A stretch of DNA of 34,252 bases from Nemertoderma westbladi (GCA_032718475.1 JAUCBJ010000213.1:1-34252), one strand, 5' to 3'. Positions 1 to 13,209 are shown, numbered from the stretch's first letter. Numbers and translations: made by a program. The notes: generated by a model from the letters alone, not told the origin.

Positions 1-760
1 GAAACTCAGTCAGCCGACGAAAAAGCTTATAGTAATTAACATCATCAAACGCAGATTTTATGTCCAGCTGACACATGAATATCGACGAGTCACGCTGCTT
101 ATAATACTCCACACCCAAGTAGTGCTGAGGTGGTTGGACTAAGGTTCCCAGCGCCAGCAGATAGGCTAGGCAATATCAAGCATGCCAATGAATGAGGGAG
201 CTCGAAGTATAGAGATACGGTGGCAATTTGATAACTTAATTACGTTTAGATCAATTAAAACCACATTTCTTAAAGCAAATCTCTTGAACTAATTAAAAAA
301 TTAAAAACAATAATGGAATGGGTTATGGGGAATACAGTTATATAATTTTGAAGTATAATTATTTAAATATTATACTAGAAAATAATTAATATCCTTTAAG
401 AGGCAGGTTGAAATTGCTGATTTTACCCTAATCAACTTAATTAACTGCTATTATCTTAGCTTCTCGAAGGCCACACGGAAATTCAACTTGGAAAATTTCT
501 AAACTTTGGCCAGACTACATGTGTACCAGGTTTGGTTAAATTTCATTAACATTTGGCTAAGTTATTAACGTTTAAAATTGGACACAACAGATCAACAGAT
601 CAACAGAACAACAGATCAACAGAACAACAGATCAACAGAACAACAGATCAACAGAACAACAGATCAACAGAACAACAGATCAACAGAACAACAGACACAC
701 AGATTGAGTTAGTGGTACCTGTATGCTAAGCTCGCTTACTTTCGTCGCTCGCCCCACAAC
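1..760 (-). mobile_element. Partial HINE/DINE-1-like (Helentron-associated) non-autonomous element; other end lies outside the window
   Basis: Read on the minus strand: terminus TTGTGGGGCGAGCGACGAAAGTAAGCGAGC, then a microsatellite, then a 'taacttagccaaatgttaatgaaatttaaccaaacctggtacac' core of the DINE-1-like type. A related terminus (gttgtggggcgagccacgaagttggaggagccttagca) recurs at ~17441. Confidence 0.5.
585..695 (+). repeat. Microsatellite of alternating CAACAGAT/CAACAGAA 8-mers (16-bp period)
   Basis: Directly visible tandem repeat. Confidence 0.95.
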
Positions 761-789
761 CTTCCATTCAATGTACAACCTAGCCCAAA

Positions 790-1170
790 ATGTTTACCAT
801 ATTAGATTACATCGCTGATGAAGTTAAAGAGTGGGTGTAATCACAAAACCCTGTTTGATACGTCTTTTCTAATAACGAATCGAATCTGTCAAGATTAACC
901 GATGAACCGAATTTTAAGTATGTGAAGCTTATGGAGTAGTAGTTCTCAAGGAGTAGGAGAGTAGTTATGTATGGGTACAGAACATCTGTCAGCGTACTGA
1001 AGAGTAGGTAATTATCTTCATTATCGAATGCGCCATCAATATCCATTTGACATAAATATAAATTTGAGCTATGTTGGTGATAGTAGTCAATTATTATTAA
1101 GATGGGTGCGACAGCAACATCTGTTCCAGCTTTGGCTGTGTAGTGTAGGCCCATTTCATGTCATCACTAG
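790..1170 (-). pseudogene. Degenerate non-LTR retrotransposon reverse transcriptase fragment (part downstream of the HINE stack)
   Basis: IDYYHQHSSNLYLCQMDIDGAFD resembles the RT 'YY...S.VY...LD.SKAFD' motif. A shifted frame gives RIKQGFVITPTL (QG motif). Frameshifts and stops are present. Confidence 0.7.
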
Positions 1171-2666
1171 TTAGCAAGTCGTTAGACTTGATTACTGTAA
1201 GAATTGTTGACTGACTGACTGGCTGGCTGGCTGGCTGACTGGCTGGCTGATCTACAGCCAAAACTACTCTAACGATTTTGATGAAATTTTCACAGCATCT
1301 AGATACCGCGATTCTAAGGTCCCTGGCATGATCGGCTACTCCGTCCATAGCCTCTGGGCTCGAAAAATAGAGATAAACGAAAAAACGCCATAGGCGCAAT
1401 GGTAAAATAACACCAATGACAGCTGGTGTCCTGATGAAAAATGGCTTATGTAATGCATTTCTACACAAGGCTTAGTAATAAATCGATGAGGTTGCCAAGA
1501 TTATTATACTTAGTACACCCATACTGTTTGTTTAGGCCCTAGGACACTCTGTCAAAGCAAATATTAACTGGTTGATTTAGTTTGTGGTTCTACACAGGCT
1601 TAGTATAAATCGGTGAGGCTGCCAACTGGTTGGTTTAGTTTGCAATCTATTACCGCCTCAGCTGAATAACTCTTCCCCCTGCTGAATGACTGTTAGGTAC
1701 AGGTTATTGGCTACATTAATGCCAACATTAATACAGTGGAAGCTGTATGCTTATAAGGTGGAATGTTTACTCAGCCTTATACTGATACTCTGTAAGGTTA
1801 AGACTAACATTATAGTTTGAAATATAAAAATCACTTATTATTATCTGTATTGGGTTAATAATCACTGTGGCATTCAAAATGTTTTATAGGTGATTGACAT
1901 TTAGTGCAAGCTGAATGACTGTTAGTTACAGAGTACTACAGTACTGCACTCTTATTTTATTTTTAAATCTTTCGTCCAACATTAATACTTTGGAGGTTGT
2001 ATGCTTATAAGGCGAATGTTTACTCAGCTTCATACTGATACACTGTAAGGCTAACACTAACGTTATAGTTTAACACATAAAAATCACTGCTTATTATCTG
2101 TATCAGGTTACATACTGTGGCATTCAAAATGTTTAAATGTTTTATAGGTGATTGATATTTAGTGCAAGCTGAATGACTGTAGGTTACAGAGTACTATTGC
2201 ACTGTATTTTATTTTTAAATCTTTTGGCCAACATTAATACTGTGGAGGCTGTATGCTTATAAGGCGGAATGTTTACTCAGCCTCATACTGATACTCTGTA
2301 AGGCTTACACTAACATTATTGTTTGAAATATAAAAATAACTGCTTATTATCTGTATTGGGTTAATCACTGTGGCATTCAAAATGTTTTGTTAGGTGAATG
2401 ACATTTAGTGGCTAAGATTATTCTCTGTCAGATTCCCTTCACACCATAGGCAAACATTGTTGAGGCTGAGGGAATTTACTTTAGTTTACTCTACTGAGTC
2501 ATTCAGCTGAATGGATTTGAGCAATTGCCAAATTACAGAGTGGGATCTCTCTCTGACCATAGATAAATAACACTTCCCTTCTGAACAAAGGTAAACATTG
2601 TTGAGGGAACTTACCTTTGATTGACGACTTCCGACTTGCTTAACGGCGTCTTGACGCCGTCTCTAG
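1171..2666 (+). mobile_element. HINE unit 1, terminus family A
   Basis: 5' TTAGCAAGTCG with hairpin CAAGTC-GTTA-GACTTG, (GACT/GGCT)n microsatellite and internal core repeats. 3' subTIR CGACTTGCT, hairpin ACGGCGTC-TT-GACGCCGT, CTCTAG end. Confidence 0.85.
1681..2410 (+). repeat. Three ~230-260 bp internal core repeats of family A HINE (same array at ~8116-8840 in unit 5)
   Basis: Recurrent gctgaatgactg...ccaacattaatac...tgtatgcttataagg...aatgttttataggtgattgacatttagtg blocks. Confidence 0.85.
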
Positions 2667-5016
2667 TTAGGAACCGAGAGGTTCATTACTGTAAGAATTG
2701 TTAGCTGACTGGCTGACTGACTGGCTGACTGATCTACAGCCAAAACTACTCTAACGATTTTGATGAAATTTTCACGGCGGCTAGATACGGCGATTCTAAG
2801 GTTCCTTGTATGTTCCGCTATTTCGTCCATGAGCCATGGGCTCGAAAAATAGACATAAACGAAAAAACGCCATAGGCGCAATGGTAAAATAACACCAATG
2901 ACAGCTGGTGTCCTGATAAAAAATGGTTTATGTAATGCATTTCTACACAAGGCTTAGTAATAAATCGATGAGGTTGCCAAGATTATTATACTTAGTACAC
3001 CCATACTGTTTGTTTAGGCCCTGCACTCTCTGTCAAAGCAAATATTAACTGGTTGATTTAGTTTGTGGTTCTACACAGGCTTAGTATAAATCGATGAGGC
3101 TGCCAACTGGTTGGTTTAGTTTGCAATCTATTACCGCCTCAGCTGAATAACTCTTCCCCCTGCTGAATGACTATTAGGTATACAGTGTATCGGCTACATT
3201 AATGCCAACATTAATACTGTGGAGGCTGTATACTTATAAGATGGAATGTTTACTCAGCCTTATACTGATACTCTGTAAGGCTAAGACCAACATTATTGCA
3301 AAATGTTTTATTGTTGGATTACTCTCTGTCAGTCTCCCCTTCAGAACATTGTATAGGGAATTTACTTTAGTTTACTCTACTGTGCCATGCCATTCAGCTG
3401 AATGGATTTGAGCGATTGCCAAGTACAGAGTTGGATCATTCTCTGACCATAGGCAAAGACATCAAATCTTTTTAAAAATATACTTTTTCCATGTTTTTTT
3501 TCTGACCAAAAATTTCAAAAAAAATTTTTCGTAGCCAGTACTGCCAATCGATTCGCCATCAAAAATAACGCAAAAAAATTTTTTTGCAAAATTTTAAATT
3601 ACTGTAAATTTTTGGCGACTGGGGGGGGTCAATTTTTTTCGATCCGCTATAACTCCGGAACGCTTTGTCCAAATTCGATGGGGTTTTCATTTTTCAACTT
3701 AATTCGATGTCCTCTTTCAGCCTATCCATGTTTTGAAACCCCAAACAGCGCCGTTCAAAAATTATTTTTTTCTAGTTCTAGAATTTTACAAATTTCAAAA
3801 AAGTTGCAGTATTTTATTAACGCCTTTACGGAATTCGATAGCGTTTTCGATTTTTATATTAAACGCAATATCCTGAATCTCACTAGCCTAGTTTCGCGTC
3901 ACCAATGCCAAGATTTCATACTTTTGAAGAAATTTTTCTAGAATATTTTTTATTTAATTACATTTATAGCGATTTCTTATTACTGATTGCACATGAATTG
4001 ATGGAATGACTATTAGGTATACAGTGTATCGGCTACATTAATGCCAACATCATTGCAAAATGTTTTATTGTTGGATTACTCTCTGTCAGTCTCCCCTTAA
4101 GAATATTGTATAGGGAATTTACTTTAGTTTACTCTACTGTGCCATTCAGCTGAATGGATTTGAGCGATTGCCAAGTTACAGAGTTGGCTCATTCTCTGAC
4201 CATAGGCAAAGACAAATCTTTTTAAAAATATAATTTTTCCATGTTTTTTTTTCTGACCAAAAATTTCAAAAAAAATTTTTCGTAGCCAGTACTGCCAATC
4301 GATTTGCCATCAAAAATAACGCAAAAAATTTTTTTTGCAAAATTTTAAATTACTGTAAATTTTTGGCGACTGGGGGGGGGTCAATATTTTTCGATCCGCT
4401 ATAACTCCGGAACGCTTTGTCCAAATTCGATGGGGTTTTTATTTTTCAACTTAATTCGATGTCCTCTTTCAGTTTATCCATGTTTCGAAATCCCAAACAG
4501 CGCCGTTCAAAAATTAATTTTTTCTAGTTCTAGAATTTTACAAATTTCAAAAAAGTTGCAGTATTTTATTAACGCCTTTATGGAATTCGATAGCGTTTTC
4601 GATTTTTATATTAAACGCAATATCCTGAATCTCACTAGCTTAGTTTCGCGTCACCAATGCCAAGACTTCATACTTTTTGAGGAAAATTTTTCTAGAATAA
4701 TTTTTATTTAATTACATTTATCGCGATTTCTTATTACTGGTTGCACATGAATTGATGGAGTTTTCAATTTATTAACTAAACACGATATCGCGCATCGCAC
4801 CTGCGTGGTTTCGAAATTTCAAAACGAGGTCTTCACTATTTGCAAGTCGTTTTGTTCTAGAATTGAGCAACTAATAATAGATCGAATTTATTAATAATTA
4901 TTGTATGAAATATGATTGTATTTTTACATAGTTATTAGTTTTATACTAATTCTCGCTGTCTCTTTTATTTAAAATAAAAAGTCGGTTCCTTATCGGGCCG
5001 CTAGGCCCGTCACTAG
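2667..5016 (+). mobile_element. HINE unit 2, terminus family B, with internal ~0.8 kb tandem duplication (~3165-4004 / ~4005-4759)
   Basis: 5' TTAGGAACCGA with hairpin GAACC-GAGA-GGTTC. 3' subTIR TCGGTTCCT, hairpin CGGGCC-GCTA-GGCCCG, CACTAG end. Confidence 0.85.
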
Positions 5017-6510
5017 TTAGGAACCGAGAGGTTCATTACTGTAAGAATTGTTTGCTGATTGATTGACTGGCTGACTGACTGACTGACCTACAGCCAAAAC
5101 TACTCTAATGATTTTGATGAAATTTTCACAGCGGCTAGATACCGCGATTCTAAGGTCCCTGGTATGTTCCGCTATTTCGTCCATGAGCCGTGGGCTCGAA
5201 AAATAGACATAAACGAAAAAACGCCATAGGCGCAATGGTAAAATAACACCAATAACAGCTGGTGTCGTGATGAAAAATGGCTTATGTAATGGATTTCTAC
5301 ACAAGGCTTAGTATAAATCGATGAGGTTGCCAAGATTATTGTACTCAGTACACCCATACTGTTTGTTTAGGCCCTAGGACACTCTGTCAAAGCAAATATT
5401 AACTGGTTGCTTTAGTTTGAAATCTAATATCGCCTCAGCTGAATTACTCTTCCCAATGCATTGTATGGGAATATCTCACTCTGCTAATGTAAGCTGAATG
5501 ACTGTTACTTACACAGTGAGTTGGCTACATTAATGCCAACATTATTGCAAAATGTTTTATTGTTGGATTACTCTTTGTCAGTCACCCCTTCAGAACATTG
5601 TATAGGGAACTTACTTTAGTTTACTCTACTGTGCCATTCAGCTGAATGGATTTGAGCGATTGCCAAGTTACAGAGTTGGATCATTCTCTGACCATAGGCA
5701 AAGACATCAAATGTTTTTAAAAATATACTTTTTCCATGTTTTTTTTTCTGACCAAAAATTTCAAAAAAAAATTTTTCGTAGCCAGTACTGCCAATCGATT
5801 CGCCATCAAAAATAACGCAAAAAATTTTTTTTGCAAAATTTTAAATTACTGTAAATTTTTGGCGACTGGGGGGGGTCAATTTTTTTCGATCCGCTATAAC
5901 TCCGGAATGCTTTGTCCAAATTCGATGGGGTTTTCATTTTTCAACTTAATTCGACGTCCTCTTTCAGCCTATCCATGTTTCCAAACCCCAAACAGCGCCG
6001 TTCAAAAATTAATTTTTTCCAGTTCTAGAATTTTACAAATTTCAAAAAAGTTGCAGTATTTTATTAACCCCTTTACGGAATTCGATAGCGTTTTCGATTT
6101 TTATATTAAACGCAATATCCTGAATCTCACTAGCCTAGTTTCGCGTCACCAACGCCAAGACTTCATACTTTTTGAGGAAAATTTTTCTAGAATAATTTTT
6201 ATTTAATTACATTTATCGCGATTTCTTATTACTGGTTGCACTTGAATTGATGGAGTTTTCAATTTATTAACTAAACACGATATCGCGCATCGCACCAGCG
6301 TGGTTTCGAAATTCCAAAACGAGGTCTTCACTAGTTGCAGGTCAATTTTGTTCTAGAATTGAGTAACTAATAATAGATCGAATTTATTTAATTATTGTAT
6401 GAAATAAGATTGTATTTTTACATAATTATTAGTTCTATAATAATTCTCGTTGTCTCTTTTATTTGAAATAAAAAGTCGGTTCCTTATCGGGCCGCTAGGC
6501 CCGTCACTAG
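5017..6510 (+). mobile_element. HINE unit 3, terminus family B
   Basis: Same B termini as unit 2, with a single copy of the block that is duplicated in unit 2. Confidence 0.85.
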
Positions 6511-7606
6511 TTAGCAAGTCGTTAGACTTGATTACTGTAAGAATTGTTGACTGACTGGCTGGCTGACTGACTGACTGGCTGGCTGGCTGATCTACAGCCA
6601 AAACTACTCTAACGATTTTGATGAAATTTTCACAGCATCTAGATACCGCGATTCTAAGGTCCCTGGCATGATCGGCTACTCCGTCCATAGCCTCTGGGCT
6701 CGAAAAATAGAGATAAACGAAAAAAACGCCATAGGCGCAATGGTAAAATATCACCCATGACAGCTGGTGTCCTGATGAAAAATGGCTTATGTAATGCAAT
6801 TCTACACAAGGCTTAGTATTAAATCGATGAGGTTGCCAAGAGTATTATACTTAGTACACCCATACTGTTTGTTTAGGCCCTACCAACCACTCTGTGCAAA
6901 CAAACATCAACTGGTTGGTTTGCTATTCTATAGGGAGCCACCTAACAAGGAAGTACATACAGTGCCAACTTTATAATCATTCACTGGGTTAGCCGGCTAT
7001 TACAGCCTCAGCTGAATAACTCTTCCCAATGCTTTCTATGGCGATCTACAAGGTTACTCTCTCTTCTATGTTAATTGACGTGTAAGCTGATTGACTGTTA
7101 GTTACACAGTGTGTTGGGTACTATTGGATTGCACTGTATTTATAATAATAATTGTTTTATTTTTAAATCTTTCGGCCAACATTAATTCTGTGGAGGCAGT
7201 ATGCTTATAAGGTGGAATGTTTACTCAGCCTCATACTGATACTGTGTAAGGCTAACACTAACATTATAGTTTGAAATATATATATCACTGCTTATTATCT
7301 GTATCAGGATACACACTGTGGCATTCTAAATGTTTTATACTGTAGGTGATTGACATTGTGCAAGCTGAATGACTGTTAGTTCTTTCAGACCATAGCCAAA
7401 CATTGTTGAGGGAATTTAGTTTAGTTCACTCTACTGTGCCATTCAACTGAATGAATTTGAGCAATTGCCAAATTACAGAGTGGGATCTCTCTCTGACCAT
7501 AGGTAAATAGCCCTTCCATTCTGACCATAGGTAAACATTGTTGAGGGAATTTATATTTGATTGATGACTTCCGACTTGCTTAACGGCGTCTTGACGCCGT
7601 CTCTAG
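6511..7606 (+). mobile_element. HINE unit 4, terminus family A (short variant, one core repeat)
   Basis: A-type 5' and 3' termini identical to unit 1. Confidence 0.85.
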
Positions 7607-9098
7607 TTAGCAAGTCGTTAGACTTGATTACTGTAAGAATTGTTGACTGACTGGCTGGCTGACTGACTGACTGGCTGGCTGGCTGATCTACAGCCAAAAC
7701 TACTCTAACGATTTTGATGAAATTTTCACAGCATCTAGATACCGCGATTCTAAGGTCCCTGGCATGATCGGCTACTCCGTCCATAGCCTCTGGGCTCGAA
7801 AAATAGAGATAAACGAAAAAACGCCATAGGCGCAATGGTAAAATAACACCCATGACAGCTGGTGTCCTGATGAAAAATGGCTTATGTAATGCATTTCTAC
7901 ACAAGGCTTAGTATAAATCGATGAGGTTGCCAAGATTATTGTACTTAGTACACCCATACTGTTTGTTTAGGCCCTGCACTCTCTGTCAAAGCAAATATTA
8001 ACTGGTTGATTTAGTTTGTGGTTCTACACAGGCTTAGTATAAATCGATGAGGCTGCCAACTCCTTGGTTTAGTTTGCAATCTATTACCGCCTCAGCTGAA
8101 TAACTCTTCCCCCTGCTGAATGACTATTAGGTATACAGTGTATCGGCTACATTAATGCCAACATTAATACTGTGGAGGCTGTATGCTTATAAGGTGGAAT
8201 GTTTACTCAGCCTTATACTGATACTCTGTAAGGCTAAGACTAACATTATAGTTCGAAAAATATAAAAATCACTTCTTATTATCTGTATTGGGTTAATAAT
8301 CACTGTGGCATTCAAAATGTTTTATAGGTGATTGACATTTAGTGCAAGCTGAATGACTGTTAGTTACAGAGTACTACTGCACTGTATTTTATTTTTAAAT
8401 CTTTCGTCCAACATTAATACTTTGGAGGTTGTATGCTTATAAGGCGAATGTTTACTCAGCTTCATACTGATACACTGTAAGGCTAACACTGACGTTATAG
8501 TTTAAAACATAAAAATCACTGCTTATTATCTGTATCAGGTTACACACTGTGGCAATCAAAATGTTTAAATGTTTTATAGGTGATTGATATTTAGTGCAAG
8601 CTGAATGACTGTAGGTTACAGAGTACTATTGCACTGTATTTTATTTTTAAATCATTCGGCCAACATTAATACTGTGGAGGCTGTATGCTTATAAGGCGGA
8701 ATGATTACTCAGCCTCATACTGATACTCTGTAAGGCTTACACTAACATTATAGTTTGAAATATAAAAATAACTGCTTATTATCTGTATTGGGTTAATCAC
8801 TGTGGCATTCAAAATGTTTTGTTAGGTGAATGACATTTAGTGGCTAAGATTATTCTCTGTCAGATTCCCTTCACACCATAGGCAAACATTGTTGAGGCTG
8901 AGGGAATTTACTTTAGTTTACTCTACTGAGTCATTCAGCTGAATGGATTTGAGCAATTGCCAAATTACAGAGTGGGATCTCTCTCTGACCATAGGTAAAT
9001 AACACTTCCCTTCTGAACAAAGGTTAACATTGTTGAGAGAACTTACCTTTGATTGACGACTTCCGACTTGCTTAACGGCGTCTTGACGCCGTCTCTAG
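7607..9098 (+). mobile_element. HINE unit 5, terminus family A (close relative of unit 1)
   Basis: A-type termini; colinear with unit 1 along its whole length. Confidence 0.85.
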
Positions 9099-9930
9099 TT
9101 AGGAACCGAGAGGTTCATTACTGTAAGAATTGCTCGAGACTGGCTGGCTGATCTACAGCCAAAACGACTCTAACGATTTTGATGAAATTTTCACAGCGGC
9201 TAGATACCGCGATTCTAAGGTCCCTGGTATGTTCCGCTATTTCGTCCATGAGCCGTGGGCTCGAAAAATAGACATAAACGAAAAAAAGCCATAGGCGCAA
9301 TGATAAAAACACCAGCTGGCACTCATGAAAAATGGATAGAGATGGCCTAGTAATGCTATTCTATAGGAATGGCCACCTAACAAGGAAATGCTTTCTCTGC
9401 CAAGTATTATCCTCACTCTACAACTCAGACAGTAAGCAAACAAAAGCCGTGGGATTCTAATGTATTACATCATAAGCTGATTGCTCTCCCAATAGCCCTC
9501 ACACACTCACTGAATCCAATGAAATCGAATATCTATTAGCTTAATGCGAATAGCTGGTAAGCTGAATGCCATTTTAGTTATTGTGTACTGTTGATATAGC
9601 AGAGTTGACTGCTATGTTGTATGTATTTAATTAAAATAATTTTCGTAGAGGGAAGTTAATTTGGGATTACTTTCTATCAGATGTAAGCAAAGCTGTTCAA
9701 TGGGGTGGGTCATGGGACCCAAATATAGTACATTATGCATGGCAAACATTAATAAAATCATTCAGTCAACCTGGAGGGTATTTGCTTAGTTAACTCTACT
9801 GTGCGAAAAACGAATTTATAATGTTACCCATACTTCAGGTGAATGAATTTTTAGATATTTGTACTGAAGGCAACGATTTCTGATATAATTAAAATACAAG
9901 ACAGGGGCTTGTTTCGATATATGTAGTTGC

Positions 9931-10167
9931 GCCCTTCGAGCAGCACGTGAGATGATCAAATAATAGACACAATGTTTGACTTTGTCCCTTCGAGCAGCAC
10001 GTGAGTTTTGCTTTGACCCTTCGATATATGTATTTGCGCCCTTCGAGCAGCACGTGAATTACATCAAATAATAGACACATTGTTTGACTTTGTCCCTTCG
10101 AGCAGCACGTGAGTTTTGCTTTGACCCTTCGATATATGTATTTGCGCCCTTCGAGCAGCACGGGGAG
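9931..10167 (+). repeat. Minisatellite: CCCTTCGAGCAGCACGTGA core every ~53-56 bp with two alternating linkers (5 cores)
   Basis: Directly visible; each intact core contains CACGTG. Confidence 0.9.
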
Positions 10168-10174
10168 TCGACTC

Positions 10175-10923
10175 AGACCGAGCCAAGCCGAGCCAAGCCG
10201 AGCCGAGCCTAGCCAAGCCGAGCCGAGCCGAGCCGAGCCGAGCCGAGCCGAGCCGAGCCGAGCCGTGCCGAGCCGAGCCGAGCCGAGCCGAGCCGAGCCG
10301 AGCCGAGCCGAGCCGAGCCGAGCCGAGCCGAGCCGAGCCGAGCCGAGCCGAGCCGAGCCGAGCCGAGCCGAGCCGAGCCGAGCCGAGCCGAGCCGAGCCG
10401 TGCCGAGCCGAGCCGAGCCGAGCCGAGCCGAGCCGAGCCGAGCCGAGCCGAGCCGAGCCGAGCCGAGCCGAGCCGAGCCGAGCCGAGCCAGGCCGAGCCG
10501 AGCCGAGCCGAGCCGAGCCGAGCCGAGCCGAGCCGAGCCGAGCCTAATCGAGCCGAGCCGAGCCGAGCCGAGCCTAATCGAGCCGAGCCGAGCCTAATCG
10601 AGCCGAGCCGAGCCGAGCCTAATCGAGCCGAGCCGAGCCGAGCCGAGCCGAGCCGAGCCGAGCCGAGCCGAGCCGAGCCGAGCCGAGCCGAGCCGAGCCG
10701 AGCCGAGCCGAGCCGAGCCGAGCCGAGCCGAGCCGAGCCGAGCCGAGCCGAGCCGAGCCGAGCCGAGCCGAGCCGAGCCGAGCCGAGCCGAGCTGAGCCG
10801 AGCCGAGCCTAATTGAGCCGAGCCGAGCCGAGCTGAGCCGAGCCGAGCCTAATTGAGCCAAACCGAGCCGATCAAGCCAAGTCGAACTTAATCGTGCCCA
10901 ATCGTGCAAGACCGAGCCGAGCT
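10175..10923 (+). repeat. Near-perfect (GAGCC)n pentanucleotide microsatellite
   Basis: Directly visible, ~750 bp. Confidence 0.97.
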
Positions 10924-11845
10924 CGTTGTCTCATTTATTTGAAATAAAAAGTCGGTTCCTTATCGGGCCGCTAGGCCCGTCACTAGTTAGGAACCGAGAG
11001 GTTCATTACTGTAATTACTGTAAGAATTGCTCGAGACTGGCTGGCTGGCTGACTGACTGACTGACTGACTGATCTACAGCCAAAACTACTCTAACGATTT
11101 TGATGAAATTTTCACAGCGGCTAGATACCGCGATTCTAAGGTCCCTGGTATGTTCCGCTATTTCGTCCATGAGCCGTGGGCTCGAAAAATAGACATAAAC
11201 GAAAAAACGCCATAGGCGCAATGATAAAAACACCAGCTGGCACTCATGAAAAATGGATAGAGATGGCCTAGTAATGCTATTCTATAGGAATGGCCACCTA
11301 ACAAGGAAATGCTTTCTGTGCCAAGTATTATCCTCACTCTACAACTCAGACAGTGAGCAAACATAAGCTGTGGGCTTCTAATGTATTACATCATAAGCTG
11401 ATTGCTCTCCCAATAGCCCTCACACACTCACTGAATCGAATGAAATCGAATATCTATTAGCTTAATGCGAATAGCTGGTAAGCTGAATGCCATTTTAGTT
11501 ATTGTGTACTGTTGAGTGTAGAGTTGACTGCCATGTTGTATGTATTTAATTAAAATAATTTTCGTAGAGGGAAGTTAATTTGGAATTACTCTCTATCAGA
11601 TGTAAGCAATGGGGTGGGTCATCGGACCCAAATATAGTACATTATGCATATGCAGGGCAAACATTAATAAAATCATTCAGTCAACCTGAAGGGTATTTGC
11701 TTTAGTTAACTACTGTGTGAAAAGCGAATTTATGATGTTACCCATACTTCAGGTAAATGAATTTTTAGATATTTTGTACTGAAGGCAAGGATTTCTGATA
11801 TAATTAAAATACAAGACAGGGGCTTGTTTCGATATATGTAGTTGC

Positions 11846-12163
11846 GCCCTTCGAGCAGCACGTGAGTTAATCAAATATTAGACACAATGTTTGAGTTGTC
11901 CCTTCGAGCAGCACGTGAGTTTGGCTTTGACCCTTCGATATATGTATTTGCGCCCTTCGAGCAGCACGTGAGTTACATCAAATAATAGACACACTGTTTG
12001 ACTTTGTCCCTTCGAGCAGCACGTGAGTTTTGCTTTGACCCTTGATATATGATGTTGTGCCCTTCGAGCAGCACGTGAGTTACATCAAATAATAGACACA
12101 CTGTTTGACTTTGTCCCTTCGAGCAGCACGTGAGTTTGGCTTTGACCCTTCCAGCAGCATGTG
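11846..12163 (+). repeat. Minisatellite CCCTTCGAGCAGCACGTGAG (6 cores plus a degenerate one)
   Basis: Same unit as 9931-10167. Confidence 0.9.
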
Positions 12164-12164
12164 T

Positions 12165-13146
12165 CAATCGAGCCGAATCATACCGATCGAGCCGAATAGA
12201 ACCAATCGAGGCGATCAAGCCGAGTCGAGCCCAATCGAGCCGAACGGAGCCGAGTTGAGCCCAATCAAGCCGAGCGAGCCAGACTGAGCCGATTCAAGCC
12301 CAATCGAGTCGAGTCGAGCCCAATAGAGCCGAGTCGAGCCCAATCAATCCTAGTCGAGCCCAATTGAGCCGGACTGGGCCAAGTCGAGCCCAATCGAGCC
12401 AGACTGTGCCAAGTTGAGCCAAATCGAACCGGGTCAAGCCCAATCAATCCCAATCGAGCCGAGTTGAGCGGATTGAGCCGAATCGAGCCCAATTGAGCCA
12501 AGTCGAGCCGGACCGAGCCAAGTCGAACCGAATCGAGCCGATTGAGCCGAATCGAGCTGAGTCGACTCAGACCGAGCTGAGCCGAAACCAATCGAGCCGA
12601 GTCGAGCCGTGACATGCCAAATTGAGCCGGACTGAGTCGAGTCAAGACCAATCAAGCCGAGTCGAGCCCAATCGATCCGGACGGAGCCGAGTTGAGCCTA
12701 ATCAAGCCGAGTCGAGCCCGACTGAGCCGAGTTAAGCCCAATCGAACCGAGTCGAGCCCAATAGAGCCGAGTAGAGCCCAATCAAGCCTAGTCGAGCCCA
12801 ATTGAGCCGGACCAAGCCCAGTCGAGCCGGACTGAGCCAAGTTGAGCCAAATCGAGCCGAGTCAAGCCCAATTAATCCCAATCGAGCCGATTCAAGCCCA
12901 ATCGAGCCGAGTCGAGACCAATCGAGCCCAATCGAGCCGATTCAAGCCCAATCGAGCTGAGTCGAGACCAATCGAGCCGAGTCGAGCCCAATTGAGCCAA
13001 GTCGAGCTGAACCAAGCCGAGTCGAACCCAATCAAGCCGATTGAGCCGAATCGAGCTGAGTCGAGTCGAGCCCAATCGAGCCAAACCGAGCCGATCAAGC
13101 CAAGTCGAACTGAATCGAGCCCAATCATGCCAGACCGAGCCGAGCT
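12165..13146 (+). repeat. Degenerate GAGCC-based repeat with ~10-bp period (ATCGAGCCCA/GTCGAGCCGA-like)
   Basis: Directly visible; occupies the position of (GAGCC)n in unit 6. Confidence 0.9.
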
Positions 13147-13209
13147 CGTTGTCTCCTTTATTTGAAATAAAAAGTCGGTTCCTTATCGGGCCGCTAGGCC
13201 CGTCACTAG

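Larger units (their letters stand above)
9099..10986 (+). mobile_element. HINE unit 6, terminus family B, different interior (minisatellite plus (GAGCC)n)
   Basis: B-type termini; diverges from units 2/3 after ~230 bp. Confidence 0.85.
10987..13209 (+). mobile_element. HINE unit 7, terminus family B, sister of unit 6
   Basis: B-type termini with a 9-bp TTACTGTAA duplication near the 5' end; colinear with unit 6. Confidence 0.85.

Noticed and set aside
1097-11364. Repeated minus-strand ORFs (MCRNALHKPFFIR..., MFLSLRLW...) and plus-strand ORFs (MGFSFFNLIRCP...) that look like a gene family
   Set aside because: They are chance frames in the non-coding HINE ends and cores; they run through microsatellites and terminal hairpins and frameshift between copies.
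9931-12163. CRISPR-like look of a 20-bp repeat with ~35-bp spacers
   Set aside because: The spacers alternate between two recurring sequences, there are no cas genes, and the context is a eukaryotic TE.
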